The notes under the pieces: model-generated
Told to the model about the DNA's origin: nothing
Seen by the model: only the letters and a program-made list of their open reading frames with translations
Database searches by the model: none
Shown: positions 1 through 8,932 of the stretch, one piece after another
How the letters are laid out: every line of letters begins with the position of its first letter
Numbering within the stretch: position 1 is the stretch's first letter
Translations under genes and position numbers: made by a program
DNA from: Polyangiales bacterium
GTDB taxonomy: Bacteria; Myxococcota_A; Polyangia; Polyangiales; Polyangiaceae
Reading direction: 5' to 3'
Assembly: GCA_038231275.1 (NCBI GenBank)
Contig: JBBRLQ010000002.1
Span: 224,001 to 288,000 of the forward strand
DNA: 64,000 nucleotides

Positions 1-1071
1 TGGCATCACGAGATCGCGCGTGACGTCGGCCACGCGTGGCGCGCCGCAGAGCGCCATCGCCTCGTCGATCTCCGCGCGGAGCATCGCGAGGACGCGGCGT
101 ACTCCGCCCTCGCCGCCGAGCGCGAGGCCCCACAGCACCGGCCGCCCCAAGAGGACCGCGCGCGCGCCGAGCGCGAGCGCTTTCATCACGTCGGTCCCGC
201 GCCGCACGCCGCCGTCGAGGAGGATCTCGCCGCGCCCGTCGACCGCATCCGCCACGCGCGCGAGGACATCGATGGTGGCGGGCGCGGTGTCGAGCTGCCT
301 CCCGCCGTGGTTCGAGACGACCACGCCCGCCGCGCCGCTCGCGATCGCGGTCCGCGCGTCGTCGGCGCGCACGATCCCTTTCACGAGGATCGGCAGCTTC
401 GTGAGCTTCGCGAGCCACGCGAGCGCGTCCCAGGTCAGGCTCGGATCCAGCTTCGTCGCGACGTAGCTCGAGAGACCGGAGCCCTCGAGCGGCACCGCGA
501 CCTCCCCGTGCCCTTCCGCAACCAGGTTCTCGACGCGCATCCCGGCGGGGAGCCCGAACCGATTCCGCACGTCGCGCTCGCGCCGCCCGAAGACGGGGGC
601 GTCCACAGTCAGGACCAGCGCGCGGCAGCCTGCCGCCTCGACGCGACGCACGAGCGCCTCGGTCGCGCCGCGATCTTTGTACACGTAGAGCTGGAACCAG
701 AGCGGGCCGGTCGCCGCGGCCGCGACGTCCTCCACGCGCGTCGTCGACAGCGACGACAAGATCATCGTGGTCCCCTCGGCCCCCGCGGCGCGCACCGTCG
801 CGAGCTCTCCTTCGGCGTGCGCCAGCTTGTGGAAAGCCGTCGGCGCGACGAGGACCGGCATCGCGATCTTCGTCCCGAGCACCGTCGTGGATGTGTCGCG
901 CCGACTCACGTCGACCATGACGCGGTAGTGGAGCGCGATCCGCGAGAACGCCGCGCGGTTCTCGCGCAAGGTCACCTCGTCGTGCGCGCCGCTCGCGTAG
1001 TAGTCGAACGCCATCCCGTCGAGGCGCGCGCGGGCGAGCGCCTCGAGCTCGAGCAGGTTCACGAAGTCCAT
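1..1071 (-). CDS. FMN-dependent alpha-hydroxy acid oxidase/dehydrogenase (glycolate oxidase / L-lactate oxidase family); 3' end runs off the window
   Basis: Not in the ORF track because there is no stop in the window. Manual translation from ATG 1071: MDFVNLLELEALARARLDGMAFDYYASGAHDEVTLRENRAAF...PVLVAPTAFHKLAH...WFQLY...LTVDAP...VSNHGGRQLD...DGGVRRGTDVMKALALGARAVLLGRP. SNHGGRQ and DGGVRRGTD are family signatures. Confidence 0.95.
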   Translation of the reverse strand, partial: MDFVNLLELEALARARLDGMAFDYYASGAHDEVTLRENRAAFSRIALHYRVMVDVSRRDTSTTVLGTKIAMPVLVAPTAFHKLAHAEGELATVRAAGAEGTTMILSSLSTTRVEDVAAAATGPLWFQLYVYKDRGATEALVRRVEAAGCRALVLTVDAPVFGRRERDVRNRFGLPAGMRVENLVAEGHGEVAVPLEGSGLSSYVATKLDPSLTWDALAWLAKLTKLPILVKGIVRADDARTAIASGAAGVVVSNHGGRQLDTAPATIDVLARVADAVDGRGEILLDGGVRRGTDVMKALALGARAVLLGRPVLWGLALGGEGGVRRVLAMLRAEIDEAMALCGAPRVADVTRDLVMP

Positions 1072-1228
1072 CGGGAGACTGCAAATGCACCGGCGCAGCC
1101 CCGATGACGAGAAGAAAGGTGGATCAAGCTCCCCCCTTCGCGTGGCCCGCCGACGCCGCGGCCCGCACGCAACGGCCTGTAACGCCTACAATTCACTACG
1201 GGTACACACGTTGCACTTCCCCGTCTCC

Positions 1229-1666
1229 ATGAGAATTGCCGTCGGTCTCCTCTCTCTCGTCGTCGCGTGCGGAAGTACAGGCTCGGAATCGGTCGGGGGT
1301 GATGGCGAGGACGTCGCCCCACTGCTCGCCGGGCGCGTGGTCCCCGAAGCCGAAATCGCGCGCGATCTCCGCGCGGCGGGTTTCGCCGAGAGCGAGATCC
1401 CACAGATGGTCTGCGCCGCGAAGTACGAGTCGAGCTTCTACGCGCAAGCGCTCCACAAGAATCACAACGGATCGATCGACTACGGCCTCTTCCAGATCAA
1501 CGACGACCTCTGGGCCCACAGCTGCGGCCTCACCGTGCAGGCCCTCTACGATCCGGCGAAGAACGCGAAGTGCGCGCGCAAGGTCTACGATTCCGGGGGT
1601 ATCCGATCCTGGTACGCGTACCGAAAACACCAGACGGAGTGCGACAGGTACACGGTCAACGAATGA
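1229..1666 (+). CDS. Lipoprotein with c-type lysozyme-like (GH22/lysozyme-like) domain
   Basis: ATG 1229, signal peptide and lipobox (LVVA-C), then MVCAAKYESSFYAQALHKNHNGSIDYGLFQINDDLW...KCARKV...SWYAY...C, which matches c-type lysozyme motifs. Confidence 0.8.
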   Translation: MRIAVGLLSLVVACGSTGSESVGGDGEDVAPLLAGRVVPEAEIARDLRAAGFAESEIPQMVCAAKYESSFYAQALHKNHNGSIDYGLFQINDDLWAHSCGLTVQALYDPAKNAKCARKVYDSGGIRSWYAYRKHQTECDRYTVNE

Positions 1667-1823
1667 CAGTGGGGGCCGTTTCCCCCAGATGTGAATGGGA
1701 TTTCACACCTTGAGGACCGTTCACATCATTGATACCGACACCCCTCAACCGAATACGCGCGTAACCATTTAGTTTCATTTCGTTTTATCTTCGGCATCGG
1801 TCCTGCTGTAGCTAGCTCTCGTC

Positions 1824-2762
1824 ATGAGCACGCTGAAGCAGAGTCGAGGGGTCACGGGTCGCCTGGTCCAGGTCGCGGTGGGAATCGTGGTCGGCGCCGC
1901 CAGCCTTCTTGTTGGTTCGGAGGCCATCGCGGCTTCGTGCCCGCGCGACATGGCGCTCGTCAACGGCAGCTGCGTCGACAAGTTCGAAGGCTCGCTCGTC
2001 GAGGTGCTCGAGGACGGCACCGAGGTCCCCTTCAGCCCCTACCAGACGCCGGCCGGACACAAGGTTCGCGCGGTCTCGCAGGAGGGCGTCGCCCCGCAGG
2101 CGCACATCTCGATGGTCGACGCGCAGAAGGCCTGCAAGACGAGCGGCAAGCGCCTCTGCCACGCGAAGGAGTGGAAGAGCGCGTGCAAGGGTCCGGACAA
2201 GACGCGCTACCCGTACGGCGACACGCGCGAGGCGAACGCTTGCGTCGACACTGATCGCACGTCGCCCGTCCTCAAGAAGTACATGGGCGAGCACACGGCG
2301 CGCACGATGAACGATCCGACGCTGAACCAGGAGCCGAACACGCTCGAGCCGACCGGCGCGGCGGCGGCGTGCACGAACTCGTACGGCGTCCACGACATGG
2401 TCGGCAACATCCACGAGTGGACCGACGACGCGGCGTTCCGCGGCGGCTACTACCTCGACACCAAGCTGAACGGCGAGGGCTGTGACTACGTCACGACCGC
2501 GCACAGCGCGATCTACTACGACTACTCGACCGGCTTTCGCTGCTGCGCGGACGAGGGCTCGCTGCCCGACGACGCGGAGCCCGCACCCGACGCGACGCCG
2601 CGAGAGGCGCCCAGCGCGCCGATCGACCCGAGCACCACGCGCCCTGCCTTGCCGATGGGTGACGATGGCCCGACGCGCACGTGGGCGGCGCCGGCGGCGG
2701 CGACGATCAACGGCGGCGAGCGTCGTCGTGGTCGTGGCCGCGGTCGCGACGCGACGGCCTGA
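1824..2762 (+). CDS. Secreted formylglycine-generating-enzyme (SUMF1/FGE-sulfatase) domain protein
   Basis: Signal peptide, then CPRDMALV...CVDKFE, GKRLC..EW..AC, YPYG, GVHDMVGNIHEW, RGG, TGFRCC motifs; Pro-rich C-terminal tail. Confidence 0.85.
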   Translation: MSTLKQSRGVTGRLVQVAVGIVVGAASLLVGSEAIAASCPRDMALVNGSCVDKFEGSLVEVLEDGTEVPFSPYQTPAGHKVRAVSQEGVAPQAHISMVDAQKACKTSGKRLCHAKEWKSACKGPDKTRYPYGDTREANACVDTDRTSPVLKKYMGEHTARTMNDPTLNQEPNTLEPTGAAAACTNSYGVHDMVGNIHEWTDDAAFRGGYYLDTKLNGEGCDYVTTAHSAIYYDYSTGFRCCADEGSLPDDAEPAPDATPREAPSAPIDPSTTRPALPMGDDGPTRTWAAPAAATINGGERRRGRGRGRDATA

Positions 2763-2785
2763 GGCCAAGGCCACAGGCTGGAGGA

Positions 2786-3013
2786 CTAGCGACGACTGCG
2801 CTCACGGGCGCGGCGGAGGCGTGAGATGCCTTGGCCTGTCCGGAGCACCGCGAGGATGCTGATCGCCGCGGCGAGGATGAACGCCGTGCTGCGACCCCCC
2901 GACGCGGCGAGCACGGCCCCGCACGCGAGGGCCGCGACGACCATCGTGAGCGCGCCGCTGCGAATGAGGCGCCGCGCCTCCGCCACGTCGGTCCGCTGGC
3001 CTTCCTCTCCCAC
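2786..3013 (-). CDS. Small hypothetical membrane protein (2 TM)
   Basis: 75 aa with two hydrophobic stretches and a basic tail; co-directional with and 23 nt downstream of the GST-like gene. Confidence 0.5.
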   Translation of the reverse strand: MGEEGQRTDVAEARRLIRSGALTMVVAALACGAVLAASGGRSTAFILAAAISILAVLRTGQGISRLRRARERSRR

Positions 3014-3035
3014 GCCTCAGTGTACGCGCGCCAGC

Positions 3036-3839
3036 TTACGCTCGCCCGTATTCGGCGCGAAGGGCGCGGTCTTCGCGCGCCGGCACCCGCGGGGGCTCGA
3101 ACGCGAGCGCGCGACGAGGGCCACGCCGGGTCTCGGCATCGACGCGATCGAGCCAGCTCGCGAGGCGCGGTCGCGCCGCGACCAGGGTCGCTTGCTGCGG
3201 CGTGAGGGGCGTCCGAAGGCTGTCGAGCTGCGCAGACAGGGCGATGTCCGCGGTGGAGAAGCCGGCGTCGAGCCAGAACCCACGCTCGGGGGCGCGCTCT
3301 TCGAGTGCATCGAGCGTGACGCCGAGCGCCTCCCAGCACGCCTCTTCGCCCGCACGCCAGACGTCACGCGCGTGGAGCCCGCGGACCACCTTGGCGCGCA
3401 GGAGCGGCGCGACGATCGCCTGAACGAACCACGGCGCCGCGCCGAAATACGCGCGCTTCACCGACGGCCAGTTCTCGCCATCGGCCCACCGCGCCGCCAC
3501 GAGGAACCCGTTGAGGTGCGTGTCGGCGAGCTCCTCCCAGAGGTGCGACTCGCCGCGCGCCTCGAGATCACCGGGGAACGCATCGGGCGCGAGCGCGCGG
3601 ATCTTCCGCAGGATGCGCGTCGAGTCGCAGATCGGAACGTCGTCGACGAGGAGGATGGGGAGCTGACCCGTCGGGTTCAGCGCCTTGAAGGCGTGCGGTC
3701 CGGGCGCGCGCCGCGACGCGTAGGGGAGCCCCGCCGCCCGCAGCGCGCGGATCACCTTCGCGCAGAACGGGGAGAAGCTGTCGACGCCGGCGATGCCGGC
3801 CTCGGGGAACTCACAGAGGACGAGGACGGGGATTTTCAT
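3036..3839 (-). CDS. Glutathione S-transferase-like protein (metaxin-like GST N/C domains)
   Basis: Start ATG 3839 (MKIPVLVL...). SFSPFCAKV, NPTGQLPIL, ICDSTRIL and ADIALSAQL are GST-fold motifs. Confidence 0.85.
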   Translation of the reverse strand: MKIPVLVLCEFPEAGIAGVDSFSPFCAKVIRALRAAGLPYASRRAPGPHAFKALNPTGQLPILLVDDVPICDSTRILRKIRALAPDAFPGDLEARGESHLWEELADTHLNGFLVAARWADGENWPSVKRAYFGAAPWFVQAIVAPLLRAKVVRGLHARDVWRAGEEACWEALGVTLDALEERAPERGFWLDAGFSTADIALSAQLDSLRTPLTPQQATLVAARPRLASWLDRVDAETRRGPRRALAFEPPRVPAREDRALRAEYGRA

Positions 3840-3863
3840 GACGGTGACCTTAGCTTTCCAATT

Positions 3864-3880
3864 TGTCAGCCTTATGTCAG
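3864..3880. promoter_or_regulatory. Candidate operator: direct repeat TGTCAG-N5-TGTCAG between the divergent GST-like gene and the WYL regulator
   Basis: tgtcag at 3864-3869 and 3875-3880 (11-bp period) in the 51-bp divergent intergenic gap. Confidence 0.5.
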
Positions 3881-3890
3881 GTTTGTACGG

Positions 3891-4526
3891 ATGCGTCGTT
3901 CCGCGCGCCTCTTCGCCATCGCCGAGCACCTCCGCAGCCGCCGCACCGGGACGACCGCCGAGGCCCTCGCCGAGCGCTTCGATGTCACCGTTCGCACGAT
4001 CTACCGCGATCTCGACGCCCTCCGCGACGCCGAGCTCCCCCTCCACGCCGAGCGCGGGCGGGGTGGAGGCTACGCCCTCGATCGCGCGTACTCGCTCCCG
4101 CCCGTGAACTTCAACGCGCGCGAGGCGGCGCTCCTCGTCGCGGTCGGACGTTGGGTCACGGAGATGCGCCTCGTGCCGTTCACCGAGACGATCGAGGCGG
4201 CGATGGACAAGGTGCGCGCCGCCCTCGGCCCCGCCGGCCAGCGCGAGCTCGCGCAGCAGATGAGCACTCTGCACTTGGTCGGAATCCCCGCGCGCGCCGG
4301 CTCGAAGGAGGTTCGCCGCGTCCTCGAGCAGGCGTGGTTCGAGCGCCGCGTCATGCGGATCCACTACCGCAACGCCGACGGTGTCCCGACGAATCGCCGC
4401 GTGCGTGTCCGCGCGGTGGTCATGGAGCGCACCGAGACGCTCCTCAACTGCGACGATCTCGACAAGGGACAGGCGCGCCAGTTCAAGCTCGATCGGATCG
4501 AGCACGCCCAGATCGAGGACGCGTGA
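3891..4526 (+). CDS. YafY-family HTH-WYL transcriptional regulator (short form, no obvious WCX domain)
   Basis: MRRSARLFAIAEHL...TAEALAERFDVTVRTIYRDLDAL...GRGGGYAL (HTH_11), then WYL-like IHYRNADG..TNRRV...CDDLDKGQARQFKLDRI. Confidence 0.9.
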   Translation: MRRSARLFAIAEHLRSRRTGTTAEALAERFDVTVRTIYRDLDALRDAELPLHAERGRGGGYALDRAYSLPPVNFNAREAALLVAVGRWVTEMRLVPFTETIEAAMDKVRAALGPAGQRELAQQMSTLHLVGIPARAGSKEVRRVLEQAWFERRVMRIHYRNADGVPTNRRVRVRAVVMERTETLLNCDDLDKGQARQFKLDRIEHAQIEDA

Positions 4527-4540
4527 GGTAGCCTCGGCCG

Positions 4541-5557
4541 ATGGACCGAGTCGGCGCGTTCTTCCTGGAGCCCACCGTGAAGAAGGTGCTGGCGATCACC
4601 GTGTTCGCGGCGCTGCTCGTGACGTTTCGCGAGCTCCTCCCGCTGCTCGTCTTCTTCGTGGGCTTCGAGCGCGCGCTCGGCGCAGCGTCCACGTTCCTGG
4701 CGAGGAAAGCGGGCGTGTCGCGCAAGGCAGCGCTCCTCGGCGTGGTGCTGGCGGGGCTCGGCGGCGTCGCCGTCGCGATCGCGCTCGGCGTCGGCCGCGC
4801 GGCACGCGGCATCATCGTGATGCGCGACACGTGGCCCGACAAGATCGCAGCGCTGCGCGAGCACCCGCTCTACCTCCGGATCCACGAGCACTTGGGCGAC
4901 ACCGACAAGGTCGTCGACGGAGCCAAGCACTATGGCGGAAGCGCGCTCCACTACGCGTCGGCCCTCGGTCACATCCTCGTCTACGCGACGGTGGGCCTCA
5001 TCCTCGCGGTGGTGTTCTTGCTCGAAGAGGATCACCTGAAGAAGCTCTACGCGTCGCTCGATCCCACGTCGCTCATCGGAGCGGTGACGCGCTGGCTCGG
5101 TCACGTGTGCGACGCCGTCATCGTCACGGTGCAGCTCCAGATGATCGTCGCCGCATGCAACGCGCTATTGACGCTGCCGGTCCTCATCTTGCTCGGCATC
5201 CCGCACATCGGCTTACTGATGGTGCTGATCTTCGTGTCGGGGCTGGTGCCCGTGATCGGCAACCTCGTGTCAGGGGTCGTCTTGTCGCTGCTCGCGTTCC
5301 ACGCGAAGGGGTGGCTCGGCGTCGGCCTCTTCGTCGCGCTGACGGCGATCCTCCACAAGATCGAGGCGTACTATCTGAACCCGCGCCTCACCGCGCGTCA
5401 CGTGAACCTCCCGGGCTTCGTGCTCATCGTGAGCCTGCTCCTCTGGGAGCACTTGCTCGGGTTCGTGGGACTCTTCGTGTCGTTCCCGTTCCTCTTCGTC
5501 GCGGGCCGCATCCGCAGCGAGATGCGCGAAGGGCGCGCGGTGCAGCCCGTACCTTGA
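4541..5557 (+). CDS. AI-2E family transporter
   Basis: 338 aa, multiple TM segments; family-typical LVPVIG, EAYYLNPRL and LLGFVGLFVSFP C-terminal motifs. Confidence 0.85.
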   Translation: MDRVGAFFLEPTVKKVLAITVFAALLVTFRELLPLLVFFVGFERALGAASTFLARKAGVSRKAALLGVVLAGLGGVAVAIALGVGRAARGIIVMRDTWPDKIAALREHPLYLRIHEHLGDTDKVVDGAKHYGGSALHYASALGHILVYATVGLILAVVFLLEEDHLKKLYASLDPTSLIGAVTRWLGHVCDAVIVTVQLQMIVAACNALLTLPVLILLGIPHIGLLMVLIFVSGLVPVIGNLVSGVVLSLLAFHAKGWLGVGLFVALTAILHKIEAYYLNPRLTARHVNLPGFVLIVSLLLWEHLLGFVGLFVSFPFLFVAGRIRSEMREGRAVQPVP

Positions 5558-5594
5558 CGCGTCGCCGAGTTTGACGCGTGTGGTTAGGGTCGCG

Positions 5595-5750
5595 TCAGTG
5601 GGACGTGGCCCCCGACGGCGCGGACGTCGGCGAGCCATGCCCCGCCGCCTCGCCTGCGCGCCACGCGAAATACCCGGCAAGCGAAGCGACCACCGCAATG
5701 ATGCCAAACCCTACGATCAGCGTGCGCGCGCGGTCGTTCCGGGCGGTCAT
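5595..5750 (-). CDS. Small single-TM protein (51 aa; below the ORF-track cutoff)
   Basis: GAGGAG 6 nt upstream of ATG 5750; MTARNDRARTLIVGFGIIAVVASLAGYFAWRAGEAAGHGSPTSAPSGATSH*. Fills an otherwise empty gap. Confidence 0.5.
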   Translation of the reverse strand: MTARNDRARTLIVGFGIIAVVASLAGYFAWRAGEAAGHGSPTSAPSGATSH

Positions 5751-5919
5751 GACGCGCTCCTCATCCTGGGGCAGCTTGCCATTGCCATGACGATGCTGTC
5801 GCTGGATCTTTTTGCCAGAGACGGAGAGGCGCAGAGCCCCGTGTAAAAAGCGGTTTCCGGCGCGTCTCCATCCACGTCAAACGCTTGCACGGCGGCGTCG
5901 ATGCGCGCAACTTAACCTG

Positions 5920-7176
5920 ATGAACAAGAGTGTGGTGTCGGTCCTTGCTCTTTCGGTCGCGCTCGCGGGGCTCAGTCCCGTGGCGCAAGGCTGCAGCGGC
6001 TCCAAGGGGAGCAGCGGGTTCGACGGCACGAGCAGCTCCAGTGGCTCGAGCGGCTCGAGTGGATCGAGCGGCGCGAGTGGGAGTTCCAGCGGCGCAAGCG
6101 GCACGAGCGGCAGCTTGCTCGGCGACGGCGGCTCGAGCGGCGGCCTCGGCGACGCGGGCTGCGCGACGGCGACCGCGAGCGCATCGCGCTTGCCCGTCTA
6201 CATGCTCATCGCGCTCGATGGCTCCGGCAGCATGGCGAGGGATCCGTCGACCGGAGGCCCCGTCCAGAAGTGGAACGCGGTCGGCCCCGCGCTCGACGCG
6301 ATCTTCGACGACGTCAAGTCGCAGAATGACCCCTCGTTCGCGATGGGCATGTTCGTATTCTCCGATCAGAACGATCAGACCTGCGGGGGCTTCCCCACCT
6401 CGTGTGACGGTCCGTACCCCCAGGCCAACGACGTCCCGATCGGTAACGTCGATCAAGCGCACCACGACGCGCTGCGCGGGCGCGTCGACAGCACGCAGCC
6501 GCTCGACGGCACGCCGTCGAAGGCGGCCATGAACGGCGCGTACGCGGAGCTCAATGCCTACACGCCCACGGCGCCGGTCCCGCCCAACGGCAAGAAGGTC
6601 TTCGTCTTCATGACGGACGGCGTGCCGAGCGACAACAAATTCAAGGCGACCAACGCCGCCGCGCTCACAGCGACGGCGCTTGGCCAGGGCATCCTGACCT
6701 TCGCGGTCGGCATCGGCGACTTCCCCTCCAACGACACCGCGAGTTACGATCCGGCGTTCATGGGCGCGATCGCCCAGGCGGGCGGCGCCGCGCCGGCTGG
6801 CTGCAACCCGAGCGAGAACACCAACGTCGCGAACGTGTGCCACTTCCAGGTGACGCCCGGCAACAAGACCGCCGCGCAGCTCACGCAGGACTTCATCGCC
6901 GCGATCAACAAGATCCGCGGCCAGGTGGCGAGCTGCGAGTACCTCCTCGACAAGTCGAAGACCGGCACCGTGGATCCCACGCAGGTCAACGTCGTCTACA
7001 CCGACGGCAGCGGCAAGGTGCACGATCTCGTCCAGGATCCGGGCAACGGCTGGACGTACGACAATCCCAGCAACCCCACCAAGGTCATCCTGCACGGGAC
7101 CGACTGCGATACGGTGAAGGCGGATCCGAAGGGGTCGATCTTGATCGTTCTGGGCTGCAAGACGATCACGAAGTGA
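5920..7176 (+). CDS. vWA-domain lipoprotein (myxobacterial type)
   Basis: Lipobox AQG-C, SSG-rich linker, MIDAS DGSGSM, GTP, VFMTDGVP; C-terminal Cys domain with GWTYD. Confidence 0.85.
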   Translation: MNKSVVSVLALSVALAGLSPVAQGCSGSKGSSGFDGTSSSSGSSGSSGSSGASGSSSGASGTSGSLLGDGGSSGGLGDAGCATATASASRLPVYMLIALDGSGSMARDPSTGGPVQKWNAVGPALDAIFDDVKSQNDPSFAMGMFVFSDQNDQTCGGFPTSCDGPYPQANDVPIGNVDQAHHDALRGRVDSTQPLDGTPSKAAMNGAYAELNAYTPTAPVPPNGKKVFVFMTDGVPSDNKFKATNAAALTATALGQGILTFAVGIGDFPSNDTASYDPAFMGAIAQAGGAAPAGCNPSENTNVANVCHFQVTPGNKTAAQLTQDFIAAINKIRGQVASCEYLLDKSKTGTVDPTQVNVVYTDGSGKVHDLVQDPGNGWTYDNPSNPTKVILHGTDCDTVKADPKGSILIVLGCKTITK

Positions 7177-7928
7177 GCGGCGCGCGCCTCGTCACGATCG
7201 GCATCAGTCACTTCTGCGAGAAGGCGCGGTGGGCGCTCGATTGGACGGGGACGCCGTTCGTCGAGGAGGCCCACGCGCCCGGGATGCATTTCTTCGCCAT
7301 GCGTCGCGCGGGAGGGCGCTCGACGCCGATCCTCGAGATCGACGGGCGCGTGCTCCGTGACTCCACGGAGATCCTGGACGCGCTCGATGTGCGGGCGACG
7401 GACGAGAAGAAGCTCTTTCCCACCGACGCGGCGCTCCGGAGCGAGGCCGCCTCGCTCGAGGACGACTTCGACGAGAAGCTCGGCCCCGCGGTTCGGCGCG
7501 CGATGTACCACCTCCTTCTTCCGCACCGCGAGGCCGCGCTCGAGGCGATGACCGCGGGCGTGCCGGCCGGCGAACGACGGGCGATGCGTGTCGGCTTCCC
7601 GGTCCTCCGTGCCCTCATGCGACGCTCGCTCAAGATCGACGCGCCAGGGGCCGCGCGATCGCGCGCCGTGGTCGATCGCGTATTTTCGGAGGTGGAGGAG
7701 CGCCTTCGCGACGGCCGCCGCTACCTCGTGGGTGATCGCTTCGGCGCCGCCGATCTCACCTTCGCCGCCCTCGCCGCGCCCGCGCTGCTCGCGCCCGGAT
7801 ACGGCTCACGTATGCCGGACGTCGACGAGGTGCCGCCCGACGTCGCCGCCCTCGTACGGAGGCTGCGCGCCACGAAGGCCGGCGAGTTCGGGCTTCGTCT
7901 GTACCGCGACCACCGCGCCTGCGCGTGA
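7173..7928 (+). CDS. Glutathione S-transferase family protein
   Basis: GTG 7173 overlaps the upstream stop (GTGA); ISHFCEKARWALD, TPIL...DSTEIL, YLVGDRFGAADLTFAAL. Confidence 0.9.
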   Translation: MSGARLVTIGISHFCEKARWALDWTGTPFVEEAHAPGMHFFAMRRAGGRSTPILEIDGRVLRDSTEILDALDVRATDEKKLFPTDAALRSEAASLEDDFDEKLGPAVRRAMYHLLLPHREAALEAMTAGVPAGERRAMRVGFPVLRALMRRSLKIDAPGAARSRAVVDRVFSEVEERLRDGRRYLVGDRFGAADLTFAALAAPALLAPGYGSRMPDVDEVPPDVAALVRRLRATKAGEFGLRLYRDHRACA

Positions 7929-7948
7929 CCCTCGCGCGCCGCGCGCGG

Positions 7949-8905
7949 CTAAAAAGTCCCCACGCACGCGAGGCCGAGGCCCGCGGGACCGCACGACGCT
8001 GCCGTGCTCGCCGGCACCTTCGCGGACGGGGCCGTCGCGAGCAGGATGACGCCGCCGACGGTGAGCGCGCCACCGCCGATGAAGCCGACGATCGAGACGG
8101 TGCGCCACGAGTTCGCGGTGGAGATGTAGTCCTGACACGCCGCAGGTTGCTGCGCGCTCCCGCGGCCCGGACAGGACGCGTCGTCGTTGTAGCTTCCTAC
8201 CGCGCCCTGACGCGCGACGACCGCGATTACGCCGGTCACGAGCAGCGCGGCGCCGGTGCCGACGCCGACCCACCCGAGGACGCGCTGCGTGGAGCCGGGC
8301 TCGCTCGGCGCGACGATCTTCGGCGGATTGGCGACCGACGGCGAGGAGACCGCAGGATCTTCGCGGACCAGCTCGATGGTCTCGCGCGTCGTTCGGCCGG
8401 CGACGATCTCGGTCGCGCGCGACGCCGAGTGGTAGCCACGCGCGCGGATCTCGAGAGAGCGGCGACCGACCTCAACGCGCCATGGCGCGGACATCGGCAG
8501 GACACCGATCCGCGCGCCGTCGACGACGACCTCGGCTCCGGGCGCGCCGCCGAGGACCTCGAGGCTGCCGACGTGCTGCTTCACGACGTCGAGCGCCGCG
8601 GTGAGCGCGACGCGGTTCTTGTCGATCCACGCGTCGTCCCGAGCGTCGAGCGCCGCGGAGAGGTGCGCCTCGGCGGACACCCAGATCCCCAGCGCCTGCT
8701 CGGCGAGGGCGACCTGCGCGCGCGTCCGCGGCGACGGCGCGATCTCGTCGGCGCGGCGAAATAGGACGAGCGCCTGATCGTCCTTGCCCTGCTTGCGTAG
8801 CTCGAGGCCTCGCGCCACGAGCTGCTCGGCGTCCTCGGCGCGCGCCATCCGCGGGGCGAGCGCGAGCGCCACGGCGATGGCCAGCACGAGCACGCGACGA
8901 TGCAC
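7949..8905 (-). CDS. TPR + PEGA domain protein with C-terminal TM segments
   Basis: Signal peptide, TPR-like helices (AEQLVARGLELRKQG...ALVLFRRA), PEGA (PGAEVVVDG..IG.LP...GY), C-terminal hydrophobic hairpins. Confidence 0.8.
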   Translation of the reverse strand: MHRRVLVLAIAVALALAPRMARAEDAEQLVARGLELRKQGKDDQALVLFRRADEIAPSPRTRAQVALAEQALGIWVSAEAHLSAALDARDDAWIDKNRVALTAALDVVKQHVGSLEVLGGAPGAEVVVDGARIGVLPMSAPWRVEVGRRSLEIRARGYHSASRATEIVAGRTTRETIELVREDPAVSSPSVANPPKIVAPSEPGSTQRVLGWVGVGTGAALLVTGVIAVVARQGAVGSYNDDASCPGRGSAQQPAACQDYISTANSWRTVSIVGFIGGGALTVGGVILLATAPSAKVPASTAASCGPAGLGLACVGTF

Positions 8906-8932
8906 GAACGCGAGCCTACCTCACCGCGCGCC

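Noticed and set aside
2826-4505. Apparent long overlap of the 566-aa and 489-aa ORFs
   Set aside because: Both are over-extended; the true starts at 3891 (+) and 3839 (-) give an ordinary divergent pair.
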